Positions 27,707 through 37,846 of a stretch of 64,000 bases of DNA are shown piece after piece. A program made the translations under genes and the position numbers. Source of the stretch: a candidate division WWE3 bacterium (GTDB lineage: Bacteria; Patescibacteriota; WWE3; 2-01-FULL-39-13); the NCBI GenBank assembly GCA_943354835.1, contig CALRDH010000001.1, positions 191,298-255,297 on the forward strand, given 5' to 3'. Below the pieces are notes generated by a model that was not told where the DNA came from, did not search any database, and worked only from the letters and a program-made list of their open reading frames with translations. Position 1 is the stretch's first letter; every line of letters starts with the position of its first letter.

Positions 27707-27752
27707 ATTACAAGCTTATCACTTAGCTTTCCTTTGATATACTGTATCTACT

Positions 27753-29282
27753 TTGAAATTATTATTAATCTTTCTCGCGATTTATTTCTGCTTTTCATTT
27801 TTTACGTATAAAGACTATGGTGCAACTGGCGATGAGTCGACTGAAAGACGTGCGGCTCAGGACTTGTCGCGATATTTAAGCTCTCCGACCTCTTATGATT
27901 CGATAATTAATTATAATTACAACGATAAAATTAACGTTACTTTTGGCCATCATCCACTTGTAACAAAGTATCAACGTTCATATCAATTAATTCAAAACTA
28001 TTTCAATTTTAAAGGCTATTATGAATGGGGTCATTTATTTAATTTAATCTTCGGATCTATACTTTTTGTTTTAACTTATTGTGTATTTTTTATTGAATAC
28101 AAATCGTCAAAAAAAGCCATAATCCCTGTGATTTTTTTAGCCACGTGTGCAAGGTTGTCTGGCGATATTCCGACGAATAATAAGGATGTCCCATTTGCCA
28201 CGATGTATCTGGCTTCCGTTTTGCTCATATATTTATTTTCAAAACTGGAACCAAATAAATACTTGAAGATTCTTTTACTTGGAATTGTTTTTGGTATAAC
28301 TCAAACGTTTCGGGCTGTTGGGTTTTCGATTTATTTTGTATACATAATTTATTATTTTTACAATGAATTTATAGAAGGCCGAAAATTCACAGTTTCCAAA
28401 ATCGCCAATTTCTTTCTAGAGTTGTCCATAATTGTTGGATTCTCACTTTTTATCTCGATGTCAATTTTTCCGTGGCTAGGTTCAAACTTTTTCGCTAATT
28501 TTTTTAATCTACTTTTAGATGCAAAAAGTTTCCAAAACTGGGATGACACGATATTTTTCGCTGGTAAATTTTTATATAAAGCAGATCGTCCATGGTATTA
28601 CTTATTCACATGGATTTTCATTACAACTCCTGTTTATATTTTAGCTTTAATGGGATCGTCAGTTTTTTTCGTAAAAAAGCTTTTTAGAAATAAGCTTTTT
28701 GTAATCTCAACAATTTCGATGTTTGTAAACATATGCCTTTACTTAGCCATGCATCCAGTTATTTACAATGGTATTAGACATTTTTTGTTTATCTTGCCAA
28801 TGATCGTAATTTTTTCGGGAGTCGTATTTGTCTATTTATTGGAACACGTAAACAAAAAAATATTCAGATATATCGGGATTTTAATAATTTTGAATATATC
28901 GCTTGTTGTGTATGACTTATATCGACTTCATCCATATGAATATATCTACTTTAATGAATTAATTGGAGGAATACGTGGAGCTTCGGGCAAATATGAATTG
29001 GATTATTGGGGCGCAAGCTATAAAGAGGCTACTGAATGGATTGTTAAAAGTACTGATTTAACACAAAAAGATTTTATATATGCGTGTAATGTTGATTATG
29101 CTGTTGATTATTATTCAGGTAAAAAATTCTTTATGACTTATGGATACCCAGAGTACGCAAACTACACGATTTGCGATAGCGAAAATGAAATGAAGCGAAA
29201 CTACACTGGAAAAATCTTATACGAGGTAAAGCGTGATGGAGTTATTTTAAATACTGTAAGAGAACATGAAAAAACTAAGTAA
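27753..29282 (+). CDS. GT-C-fold glycosyltransferase (PMT_2/ArnT-like), paralog 2
   Basis: First extracytoplasmic loop YKDYGATGDESTERRAAQDL (DE motif) after TM1, then 11+ TM helices and a C-terminal soluble domain. Confidence 0.5.
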   Translation: MKLLLIFLAIYFCFSFFTYKDYGATGDESTERRAAQDLSRYLSSPTSYDSIINYNYNDKINVTFGHHPLVTKYQRSYQLIQNYFNFKGYYEWGHLFNLIFGSILFVLTYCVFFIEYKSSKKAIIPVIFLATCARLSGDIPTNNKDVPFATMYLASVLLIYLFSKLEPNKYLKILLLGIVFGITQTFRAVGFSIYFVYIIYYFYNEFIEGRKFTVSKIANFFLELSIIVGFSLFISMSIFPWLGSNFFANFFNLLLDAKSFQNWDDTIFFAGKFLYKADRPWYYLFTWIFITTPVYILALMGSSVFFVKKLFRNKLFVISTISMFVNICLYLAMHPVIYNGIRHFLFILPMIVIFSGVVFVYLLEHVNKKIFRYIGILIILNISLVVYDLYRLHPYEYIYFNELIGGIRGASGKYELDYWGASYKEATEWIVKSTDLTQKDFIYACNVDYAVDYYSGKKFFMTYGYPEYANYTICDSENEMKRNYTGKILYEVKRDGVILNTVREHEKTK

Positions 29283-30618
29283 TAAATTGCACGTTTTCGT
29301 AATGTTTTTTTCCTTTTTTATTTCGATTTTATTTACATATAGCTACATAGATTTTAGTTCTAATATGTCTGTTGGAGTAGGGCATGTATATACCGCGAAA
29401 AGCCTTGCTCTGTCTGGGGATTTTAATGTGGATGAATATTGGGGAAATTCTGGCGTTGATGTGATTACCGCGTTTGACGGACACAAGTATGTTGCGTATG
29501 CACCGTTAAACGCTGTCTTAATGGCTATTCCGTATTATGGTTTGCAGTTTTTTTATTTTTTCTATTCGAAACTTGTTGGCCCAATAAATGGTGATATATC
29601 AATTATTCTAGAAAGTTTAGCTTTTAGTTTACCATCCAGCATTTTTTATTCGTTAGCTGGATTTTTGCTTTTTAGGTTTTTGATGGAATCAGGTATCAAA
29701 AAAATGATAGCCATTTTGACCGTAATCGGATTTTTGTTTGGAACGATATTCTTAAATTATAGTGTTAGTTTTTTTAATCATGTTCCTGCCGCATTTTTTA
29801 TTTTCTATTCATATTGTTTGATATCAAAGCCAAAAACAGATAAAGCGTTTTTATTTGCTGGGATTCTTACTGGGCTTGCTTTTCTAACTGAATTTCCGAC
29901 TATTTTGTTTTCCGTTGCTGTAGGTTTATTTCTTCTTTACGAACTAAAATATGAAAAACTTAATGTTGATATATTTTTAAAGCGATTATCTTATTTCTCT
30001 ATACCAATCGTTTTTTCAATTTTTCTTCTTGGGCTTTATAACTATGTCCATTTCGGATCTCCTTTTTTGATGGCGGAACAGATTTTGTATCAACAAAAAT
30101 TGGCATTGGGTGTTGGAGTCGAGCATGGTTTTAGTCAAAATCCAGTATACGGGATTTGGGGATTATACTTTTCACCTCTAAAAGGATTGTTTTTGATATC
30201 GCCGTTTTTATTATTTTCTTTTTTGGGATTTCGAAATTATTTAAAACAAAACAAGAAGTTAGCTATTTTGGGATTATCATACATCGTGTTTGTGTCGCTT
30301 TTATACTCGCTTTGGCCTGATTGCTTTGGAGCAACGCCATTTGGTCCAAGGTATTTAATTTCAGTAATTCCTTTTTTAGCTTTTTACTCTGGTTTTGCGT
30401 TAAAAAGTAAGTTAAATATTTGCATATATTCGATTTTAATTACTTTTGGAGTTTTTATTTGTGTGATGAATCTATTAGACGGATTGCCCTCGGGTAGGTG
30501 GTTTTCACCGACTAATTGTAATTCTATGCAATACGGGTCCTTTTTTAAAGCAAATAGTTATCTTATGAATTTGATAAAAGGAGATTTTAGGTTTGCGTCA
30601 ATTCTACTAAAAGGGTAG
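29266..30618 (+). CDS. GT-C-fold membrane protein, paralog 3
   Basis: 450 aa polytopic protein overlapping the upstream paralog by 17 nt (operonic). Confidence 0.4.
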   Translation: MKKLSNKLHVFVMFFSFFISILFTYSYIDFSSNMSVGVGHVYTAKSLALSGDFNVDEYWGNSGVDVITAFDGHKYVAYAPLNAVLMAIPYYGLQFFYFFYSKLVGPINGDISIILESLAFSLPSSIFYSLAGFLLFRFLMESGIKKMIAILTVIGFLFGTIFLNYSVSFFNHVPAAFFIFYSYCLISKPKTDKAFLFAGILTGLAFLTEFPTILFSVAVGLFLLYELKYEKLNVDIFLKRLSYFSIPIVFSIFLLGLYNYVHFGSPFLMAEQILYQQKLALGVGVEHGFSQNPVYGIWGLYFSPLKGLFLISPFLLFSFLGFRNYLKQNKKLAILGLSYIVFVSLLYSLWPDCFGATPFGPRYLISVIPFLAFYSGFALKSKLNICIYSILITFGVFICVMNLLDGLPSGRWFSPTNCNSMQYGSFFKANSYLMNLIKGDFRFASILLKG

Positions 30619-30623
30619 CCCTT
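30611..30623. terminator. Recurring 13-nt hairpin motif AAGGGTAGCCCTT spanning the stop codons of two convergent genes
   Basis: The same motif (or its reverse complement) occurs at 18266, 32203 and 60000. Here the TAG stop of the + gene and TAA stop of the - gene both lie inside it. Confidence 0.3.
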
Positions 30624-31491
30624 ATAATTCCTCTAGCTCTCCGAGTCCAGATTCTTTTCTGTCTATATAGCGAAGGTAGTTTTCTGTTGTGGTTAGTCTT
30701 TTGTGTCCTGCGATTTTAGAGACGAGAAGAACGCTTGCTCCTCTTTTGAGGTGTTCTGCTACAAATGTGTGTCTTAAATCATTTACAGTGACGTCATCGA
30801 GCTGAATTTGTTTAAGATATCTTCCAATTGTCGCTCTTATGTTTCTAACTAGTAATGGATTTCCTGTTTTTGTTACGAATAAATGGTCGAGTTTTGAAGA
30901 AGGTCTTTCTTTTAGAAAGCCTTTTATTGCAGAAATTACTGCAGAATTAAGAGGAATTGTTCTGCCTGGGTTTTCTTTTGTTCCAGGTACTTCTAAAATT
31001 CCTTTTGCATCATGTTCTATTTTTATGTGATCGACTTTAATAAATGCTAATTCAGATATTCTAAGGCCTGTTTGAAGGAAGATTTCTATTATTGCACGTG
31101 TTCTTATATCGTCTTTTACTGTATCTCTTAACGCTCTGTACTCGATTTTAGTTAATATTCTTGGAGCATTTTGCTCAAGCCTTGGATGTTGAATAAATTG
31201 TGCAGGATCGTTTTCTATAATTCTTTCGTCAAGAAGAAATTTAAAAAATGTTTTGATTGCATTTATTTTTCTTGAGATAGTTTTTTTTGTGTAATTACTG
31301 TCCGATAGGTTTCTTAAGAAGTTCTCAATAATGGATTTACTAAGCTCGTGGGCACTTGATATATTTTGCCTTACTGCGAAGTCTGCTAATTGCTCAATAT
31401 CCTTTGCATAGGCCACAACAGTCGCTGTCGCTCTGCCTTTTGATATCAAACTCTGTACAAATTTTTCCCTCGCTGATGACAATAGTGTCAT
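30622..31491 (-). CDS. Tyrosine site-specific recombinase, XerC/XerD family
   Basis: 289 aa with catalytic R...HxxR...Y spacing (ARG, HDLRHTF, TENYLRY) and an N-terminal SAM-like core-binding domain. Confidence 0.8.
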   Translation of the reverse strand: MTLLSSAREKFVQSLISKGRATATVVAYAKDIEQLADFAVRQNISSAHELSKSIIENFLRNLSDSNYTKKTISRKINAIKTFFKFLLDERIIENDPAQFIQHPRLEQNAPRILTKIEYRALRDTVKDDIRTRAIIEIFLQTGLRISELAFIKVDHIKIEHDAKGILEVPGTKENPGRTIPLNSAVISAIKGFLKERPSSKLDHLFVTKTGNPLLVRNIRATIGRYLKQIQLDDVTVNDLRHTFVAEHLKRGASVLLVSKIAGHKRLTTTENYLRYIDRKESGLGELEEL

Positions 31492-31581
31492 ATTATAAGT
31501 TATATTATCTTGGGCAGATCAAACAACTATAAGTTTAGTCTATACACACAAAAAAAAGTGTCAATACTTTTAGACACTTTT

Positions 31582-31656
31582 TGGTTGCGGGGCCAGGATT
31601 TGCACCTGGGTCTCGAGATTATGAGCCTCGCGTGGTTGCTACTCCACTACCCCGCG
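31582..31656 (-). tRNA. tRNA-Met (anticodon CAT), initiator-like (C1xA72 mismatch)
   Basis: Minus-strand sequence CGCGGGGTAGTGGAGTAGCAACCACGCGAGGCTCATAATCTCGAGACCCAGGTGCAAATCCTGGCCCCGCAACCA has anticodon loop CTCATAA. The 5' C opposite A72 is the bacterial initiator hallmark, though the anticodon stem lacks three G-C pairs. Confidence 0.7.
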
Positions 31657-31710
31657 CCGATATTCATGTGACATATTTTACAACCTTTGACGCGAAAAAG
31701 CTAGGTTTTA

Positions 31711-32091
31711 TCAGTAAAATTTAAATTCGCTAAGCCAGAGACGCCAATTCTCGTTTTTTGTAGGCAACTTTTCCGATTGGTTTTCTTTTTCTTCATATGT
31801 AGCGCTAGAATCGCCCATTATTATGATTTTTTCACCTGGACGAGTTAAATTTAAGCGTTCTGTGGCCTCTTTTTCTATAAACTCTGGGGTATTTGCAAAT
31901 TCGATCTTTTCTGCCAATTCCTTATTAGAATTTTCAATTTCAACAACTTGTTCTTTTGCTTGATCTAACTTATTTATGCTTGTATTTAACCTGATAATAG
32001 ATCTGATTATATTAGCGAATATAAAAATTAATACGATTGTAATAATAATTGGAAATTTGCTATTACTGTTACTGACTTTTCTGTCTTGCAT
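31711..32091 (-). CDS. Septum formation initiator family protein (FtsB/DivIC-like)
   Basis: 126 aa with N-terminal TM, coiled-coil (LDQAKEQVVEIENSNKELAEKIE) and C-terminal ...ATERLNLTRPGEKII motif. Confidence 0.5.
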   Translation of the reverse strand: MQDRKVSNSNSKFPIIITIVLIFIFANIIRSIIRLNTSINKLDQAKEQVVEIENSNKELAEKIEFANTPEFIEKEATERLNLTRPGEKIIIMGDSSATYEEKENQSEKLPTKNENWRLWLSEFKFY

Positions 32092-32116
32092 ATGTCTAGT
32101 ATACTATTCCCATGAT

Positions 32117-32192
32117 CTGGCGGCGTAGCTCAACGGTTAGAGCACAGCCCTCATAAAGCTGGGGTTGGTAGTTCGATTCTACCCGCCGCCAC
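32117..32192 (+). tRNA. tRNA-Met (anticodon CAT), elongator-type (G1-C72 paired); could alternatively be a lysidine tRNA-Ile2
   Basis: GGCGGCGTAGCTCAACGGTTAGAGCACAGCCCTCATAAAGCTGGGGTTGGTAGTTCGATTCTACCCGCCGCCACCA with anticodon loop CTCATAA. Confidence 0.75.
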
Positions 32193-32202
32193 CATTGCAG
32201 AT

Positions 32203-32215
32203 ATAAGGGCTACCC
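32203..32215. terminator. 13-nt hairpin motif AAGGGCTACCCTT followed by TTTTTG, downstream of tRNA-Met
   Basis: Reverse-complement form of the recurring motif, followed by a T-run; plausible tRNA terminator. Confidence 0.35.
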
Positions 32216-32247
32216 TTTTTGTGTATTTGTCATGATAAACTGTTTCC

Positions 32248-33246
32248 ATGAAAAGAATTCTTACAGGTGATCGTCCTACAGGTCCTTTGCATTTAGGCCA
32301 TTATGTTGGCTCTTTAGAAAACCGTGTAAAACTTCAAAATGATTATGATTCTTATATATTAATTGCTGATGTTCAAGCTTTAACTGATAATTTTGACAGT
32401 CCAGAAAAGGTAAGGTTAAACACTTTGCAAGTTTTGCTTGATAATATTTCAGTCGGACTTGATCCAGAAAAAGTTACATTTCATTTGCAGTCCGCAATTT
32501 CACAAACTGCAGAACTCACAATTTTTTATGCAAATCTTGTTTCTATCGCAAGACTTGAAAGAAATCCAACAGTAAAAGACGAGATTTTGCAAAAAGCTGA
32601 CAAATTTAAAGAATCCGCAACTTTGGGCTTTTTGATGTATCCAGTTTCGCAAGCTGCTGATATTACGATAGTTAAGGGTGAAGTTGTTCCTGTTGGAGAG
32701 GATCAAGTTCCACATATTGAACAAGCACGCGAAATTGTACGAAAATTCAATTCTATTTATGGAGATGTTTTTACAGAGCCAGAAGTTTTGTTAAGTGAAA
32801 ATAAAAGATTAATTGGAACGGATGGAAACGCAAAAATGAGCAAGTCGATCGGGAATTGTATTTATTTATCTGATACCGCCGAATCTGTAAATGAAAAAGT
32901 TAAAAATATGTTTACAGATCCAAATCGAATAAGGGCGACAGATCCAGGAAAAGTAGAAGGAAATCCGGTTTTTATTTATCATGATATTTTTAATACAAAT
33001 AAGCCCGAAGTCGAGGACTTAAAATCTAGATATTTAAAAGGTACGGTTGGAGATGTTGAAGTAAAACAAAAACTCGCAGTCGCGATAAATACATTTTTGG
33101 AGCCAATAAGAGAAAGAAACGCAAAATTTTCTGATCAAAAACTTCTTATGGAAATTTTAGACGCAGGCACAAAAAAAGCACAAAAAATCGCACAAGAGAC
33201 AATGAGAGAAGTAAAAGATGCGATGGGGCTATATCAAATCAGATAA
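32248..33246 (+). CDS. trpS: Tryptophan--tRNA ligase
   Basis: TGDRPTGPLHLGHYVG (HIGH) and KMSKSIGN (KMSKS) motifs; 332 aa. Confidence 0.9.
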   Translation: MKRILTGDRPTGPLHLGHYVGSLENRVKLQNDYDSYILIADVQALTDNFDSPEKVRLNTLQVLLDNISVGLDPEKVTFHLQSAISQTAELTIFYANLVSIARLERNPTVKDEILQKADKFKESATLGFLMYPVSQAADITIVKGEVVPVGEDQVPHIEQAREIVRKFNSIYGDVFTEPEVLLSENKRLIGTDGNAKMSKSIGNCIYLSDTAESVNEKVKNMFTDPNRIRATDPGKVEGNPVFIYHDIFNTNKPEVEDLKSRYLKGTVGDVEVKQKLAVAINTFLEPIRERNAKFSDQKLLMEILDAGTKKAQKIAQETMREVKDAMGLYQIR

Positions 33247-33250
33247 TCCG

Positions 33251-34585
<1,335 letters not shown>

Positions 34586-34604
34586 CTAGAAAAAATGGCT
34601 TTTT

Positions 34605-34681
34605 TGGTCGGGGTGAGAGGACTTGAACCTCTGGCCTCCGCGTCCCAAACGCGGCGCGCTAGCCAACTGCGCCACACCCCG
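34605..34681 (-). tRNA. tRNA-Pro (anticodon TGG)
   Basis: Minus-strand sequence CGGGGTGTGGCGCAGTTGGCTAGCGCGCCGCGTTTGGGACGCGGAGGCCAGAGGTTCAAGTCCTCTCACCCCGACCA has anticodon loop TTTGGGA. Confidence 0.85.
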
Positions 34682-34689
34682 ATATTTTC

Positions 34690-34779
34690 TGGCGGAGGGG
34701 ACAGGATTTGAACCTGCGCGGAACTTTTGGTCCCAACGATTTAGCAAACCGTCGCCTTAAACCGCTCGGCCACCCCTCC
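34690..34779 (-). tRNA. tRNA-Ser (anticodon GCT), long variable arm
   Basis: Minus-strand sequence GGAGGGGTGGCCGAGCGGTTTAAGGCGACGGTTTGCTAAATCGTTGGGACCAAAAGTTCCGCGCAGGTTCAAATCCTGTCCCCTCCGCCA is a type II tRNA with anticodon loop TTGCTAA. Confidence 0.85.
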
Positions 34780-34843
34780 ATCTTTCCAGTATTTTAGCAT
34801 TTTAATGCTTCCTATTGGTATCGGATATTATATACTTTTTAGT

Positions 34844-35407
34844 ATGACTAGATTATATCTAATGCGACATGCTGATGCATACGATGAAAACGGCGTACAG
34901 CTTCACGATTATCATTTAAACAATTTCGGCAAAGTTCAAGCACTTCAACTTGCAAGAAGACTTTCTGGAAATAAATTCGACGTTATGTATTGTAGCAAAA
35001 TTAGAAGGGCAATCGAAACTTGTGAAACTGTTAATGAGTATCACCATAATGAAGTTATGTTTTCTGCGAAATTTAATGAAGTTGGTACGGAAGATTGGCC
35101 ACACCCTGGAGTAGTTACAAAACCACAGGTGCTTGGTGATTATAAAGTTACATCAGAACGAATTTATACAATCTTTAAACAAGTCGTAGATGAAAATAAA
35201 GATAAAGAAGTTGCAATATTCACACATGGAAACTGGATTCGTGTTTTACTTGCCGAAATTCTTGCAGATGGAGATCCAAAAACTTTCGCTCATTTTGTAA
35301 TAAGTAATTCTTCTTTAACAATTATTGACGTTAACGAAGAAGGCTTCGAACATATTATTACAGTTTCTGATGGCGCTCATACGCATCTATACGAGACAAA
35401 GATCTAA
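34844..35407 (+). CDS. Histidine phosphatase superfamily protein (phosphoglycerate-mutase-like)
   Basis: MTRLYLMRHADA carries the RHG/A catalytic motif at the N-terminus, with a later H in ...FTHGNWIRV. The track ORF begins 13 codons upstream. Confidence 0.6.
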   Translation: MTRLYLMRHADAYDENGVQLHDYHLNNFGKVQALQLARRLSGNKFDVMYCSKIRRAIETCETVNEYHHNEVMFSAKFNEVGTEDWPHPGVVTKPQVLGDYKVTSERIYTIFKQVVDENKDKEVAIFTHGNWIRVLLAEILADGDPKTFAHFVISNSSLTIIDVNEEGFEHIITVSDGAHTHLYETKI

Positions 35408-35433
35408 GTTCTTATTGTGGTAGAATTCGACTA

Positions 35434-35949
35434 ATGGAGATGCAAGACAAAAGCAACATCATAAAGCCTTCGCAAGTACTTATAGAATGGGACGCTCCAG
35501 AAAGAGTTTTCAAAACTAAACCTCGAGAATTTTATAGAAAAACCGGCGTAATAATAATATTCTTTGCAATCCTCCTTTTAATAATTAAAGAATTTTTAAT
35601 AATCGGAGTTTTAGGAATCGTGTTTTTTGTTGTATATGTTTTTCATACGGTTCCGCCAAAAGTTGTACATCATAAAATAACTACAAATGGGCTTGATTAC
35701 GCTTCCGAACATTTATACACATGGGCAGAATTACAATCATTTTATATAGAGAAAAAAGACGATACAGACTTTTTGGTATTAAACACAAAAAACCCAATCC
35801 CAGGAAGAATACTGCTTTTGCTTGACGCCAAAACAAATCATCAAAAACTATCAGAAATAATAAACGACTATATCTCAATAATAGAAAAACCAGAAATAAC
35901 CATGATGGAAAAATTCATGAACCAAGTATCGAAAAAAATAAATTTCTGA
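35434..35949 (+). CDS. Hypothetical membrane protein
   Basis: 171 aa with two adjacent TM helices (IIIFFAILLLIIKEFLIIGVLGIVFFVVYVF). Confidence 0.4.
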   Translation: MEMQDKSNIIKPSQVLIEWDAPERVFKTKPREFYRKTGVIIIFFAILLLIIKEFLIIGVLGIVFFVVYVFHTVPPKVVHHKITTNGLDYASEHLYTWAELQSFYIEKKDDTDFLVLNTKNPIPGRILLLLDAKTNHQKLSEIINDYISIIEKPEITMMEKFMNQVSKKINF

Positions 35950-35994
35950 TAACATTCACCATTAACAAATAAGTCTCCTGCAAAAAAATAAAAA

Positions 35995-36963
35995 TATGAA
36001 TTTGCCTATAGTGGAAGTAGAAGCTGTTTTTTTTCCCAAGATGTTTTAGAAGCTTATGAATCTGCCCCCAGGCCTAAATATCTAGTAGCAGGGTTAAGTG
36101 TTGAATTTAAAAGTGACAGAAAACCTAAATCTGTTCCAACTCCAGCGTGTCAACTTTTCGCAGTAAATAATACTGAAAGTCATGATGTTTACTTTTTTGT
36201 ACAAGATAATGGTTGTGATTTTGAAGCCGACTTAACAAGTCTTGATGCATGTGAGTCTATTGTACTAAGTTATATTTTGCTTGGTTATGATGATAAATTC
36301 AGTATATCGGAGGATACAAAAGTTTATTTAATTAAACGATGTTTACAACTCGGTCAAGACTTCGATAAAACTGTTTCTTATATTTATGCAAAAACGGGGG
36401 TTGATATTAAAGATGTTACTGTTATGGCTATCTCTACAGAAGATTTAAATGCAGATTTAGGTATGCGTGCAAAAAATATTCAAAGTCTGTGTACTAGACG
36501 GTGTAGCGATTCTGAAGTTGAAAGATTGCTCCCCGAAATATTGAAGGCATTACCTAATAAAAAAATTGTTAAAGGCGATGAATTAAAAGAAATTAAGCCG
36601 ATTCAGTGGGATGTTGACGAAAAAGGACGTTCTTATCTAAAAATTTTCAATCGTTATGGTCATTCGTTTTTTTTATATGAGCCAAATGGAAAGCCTAAGT
36701 ATGTTGTTGAATCCTGTGCGACTGAAATTTCAAAAGTACATGGAGGTGGTAGTTTTCCGTTTTTAGCAATTCAACTTGCAATTAGTAATGGAGGTGAAGT
36801 TTCTGAAGAAGTGCTATTAGGCTTAGCAAAGGGACAAGGTCATAAAGCTGGTTTAGCGCAATTGCTTAAAGGATGTGGAATTTTTTGTTTTGATAAAAAA
36901 AGTCGCATGTATTATTTAGATACTCTTGGCGGAGGGGGGGGGATTCGAACCCCCGTGCCATAA
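35995..36963 (+). CDS. Hypothetical protein (ORF extended upstream of the track call to ATG at 35995)
   Basis: The reading frame is open from the TAA at 35962 through an ATG at 35995 into the track ORF 36277..36963 (its first codon is TTG). The 3' 37 nt overlap tRNA-Ser(CGA) on the opposite strand. Confidence 0.4.
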   Translation, partial: YEFAYSGSRSCFFSQDVLEAYESAPRPKYLVAGLSVEFKSDRKPKSVPTPACQLFAVNNTESHDVYFFVQDNGCDFEADLTSLDACESIVLSYILLGYDDKFSISEDTKVYLIKRCLQLGQDFDKTVSYIYAKTGVDIKDVTVMAISTEDLNADLGMRAKNIQSLCTRRCSDSEVERLLPEILKALPNKKIVKGDELKEIKPIQWDVDEKGRSYLKIFNRYGHSFFLYEPNGKPKYVVESCATEISKVHGGGSFPFLAIQLAISNGGEVSEEVLLGLAKGQGHKAGLAQLLKGCGIFCFDKKSRMYYLDTLGGGGGIRTPVP

Positions 36964-37014
36964 ATGACGCAAGCTTTTCGAGAGCTGCCAATTAAACCGC
37001 TCTTGCACCCCTCC
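36927..37014 (-). tRNA. tRNA-Ser (anticodon CGA), long variable arm
   Basis: Minus-strand sequence GGAGGGGTGCAAGAGCGGTTTAATTGGCAGCTCTCGAAAAGCTTGCGTCATTTATGGCACGGGGGTTCGAATCCCCCCCCCTCCGCCA has anticodon loop CTCGAAA and the same acceptor stem as the GCT isoacceptor. Confidence 0.75.
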
Positions 37015-37075
37015 GCGAATGTCTTTTAGTGTACGTGCTTATTTTATCGTATAATTAGTGACGAAGCCATATTGT

Positions 37076-37152
37076 GCACTCGTAGCTCAGCTGGATAGAG
37101 CGCAACTTTGCGGAAGTTGAGGTCACAGGTTCAAATCCTGTCGGGTGCACCA
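37076..37152 (+). tRNA. tRNA-Arg (anticodon GCG as folded; unusual)
   Basis: GCACTCGTAGCTCAGCTGGATAGAGCGCAACTTTGCGGAAGTTGAGGTCACAGGTTCAAATCCTGTCGGGTGCACCA has a perfect anticodon stem CAACT/AGTTG and loop TTGCGGA. Confidence 0.7.
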
Positions 37153-37182
37153 CAGTTATTTTTTATATGCGGTTTTGAAAAA

Positions 37183-37836
37183 ATGAAAAACGGTGAAAAT
37201 GAAATTGATACGATTATTTTTGATGTAGATGGTACATTGTCTGAGGAAGTCTCATGGTTAAAACTCACCGATGGATTGGGCGCCTCATCTGAAACTCATG
37301 CCCAGATATTTGCTAAATTCAAAAACGGAGAATTAAAATATCCGGAAGCCAAACAAAAGCTTATTTCATTATGGCAAGAAACCGGAAATGCGAATAAAGG
37401 ATATATGGAAGATATGTTTAGATCGTGGAATCTAAAAGGTGATGCTGTTGAAACTATGGAGTATCTTAAGGCGTCGTATCGAATTTGTTTAATGTCAGGT
37501 GCTGTCGATCTGTATGTCAAAGTGGTTGCTGAAAAGTTGGGAATAGATCATTGGTATGCTAATACAGAACTTGTTTGGGATGAAGTCGGAAACCTTATTG
37601 ATTTTCATTATTTTGCGGATCAATCAGAAAAGAAACTAGAGCATTTTTACGAATATATCGCTAAATTCGGTTTGCTTACATGTCAATGTGCCGTGGTCGG
37701 TGATGGGGATAGTGATATTGCATTATTTAGAGAATTACCTTTTGGGGTTGCAGTAAACAAGCAACCGAATTCTGAATTAGAAGCTTTGGCAACAAGAACT
37801 ATATCTGATTTAAGTGAGTTACAAGGAATTTTCTAG
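37183..37836 (+). CDS. HAD-superfamily hydrolase (subfamily IB, phosphoserine-phosphatase-like)
   Basis: MKNGENEIDTIIFDVDGTL (motif I DxDGT) ... VVGDGDSD (motif IV). The track ORF starts inside tRNA-Arg; this start is the first ATG after the tRNA. Confidence 0.6.
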   Translation: MKNGENEIDTIIFDVDGTLSEEVSWLKLTDGLGASSETHAQIFAKFKNGELKYPEAKQKLISLWQETGNANKGYMEDMFRSWNLKGDAVETMEYLKASYRICLMSGAVDLYVKVVAEKLGIDHWYANTELVWDEVGNLIDFHYFADQSEKKLEHFYEYIAKFGLLTCQCAVVGDGDSDIALFRELPFGVAVNKQPNSELEALATRTISDLSELQGIF

Positions 37837-37846
37837 CGGATATCTT

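Noticed and set aside
37108-37182. HAD hydrolase ORF start inside tRNA-Arg
   Set aside because: Translation would begin within the tRNA; the ATG at 37183 with the DxDGT motif shortly after is the sensible start.
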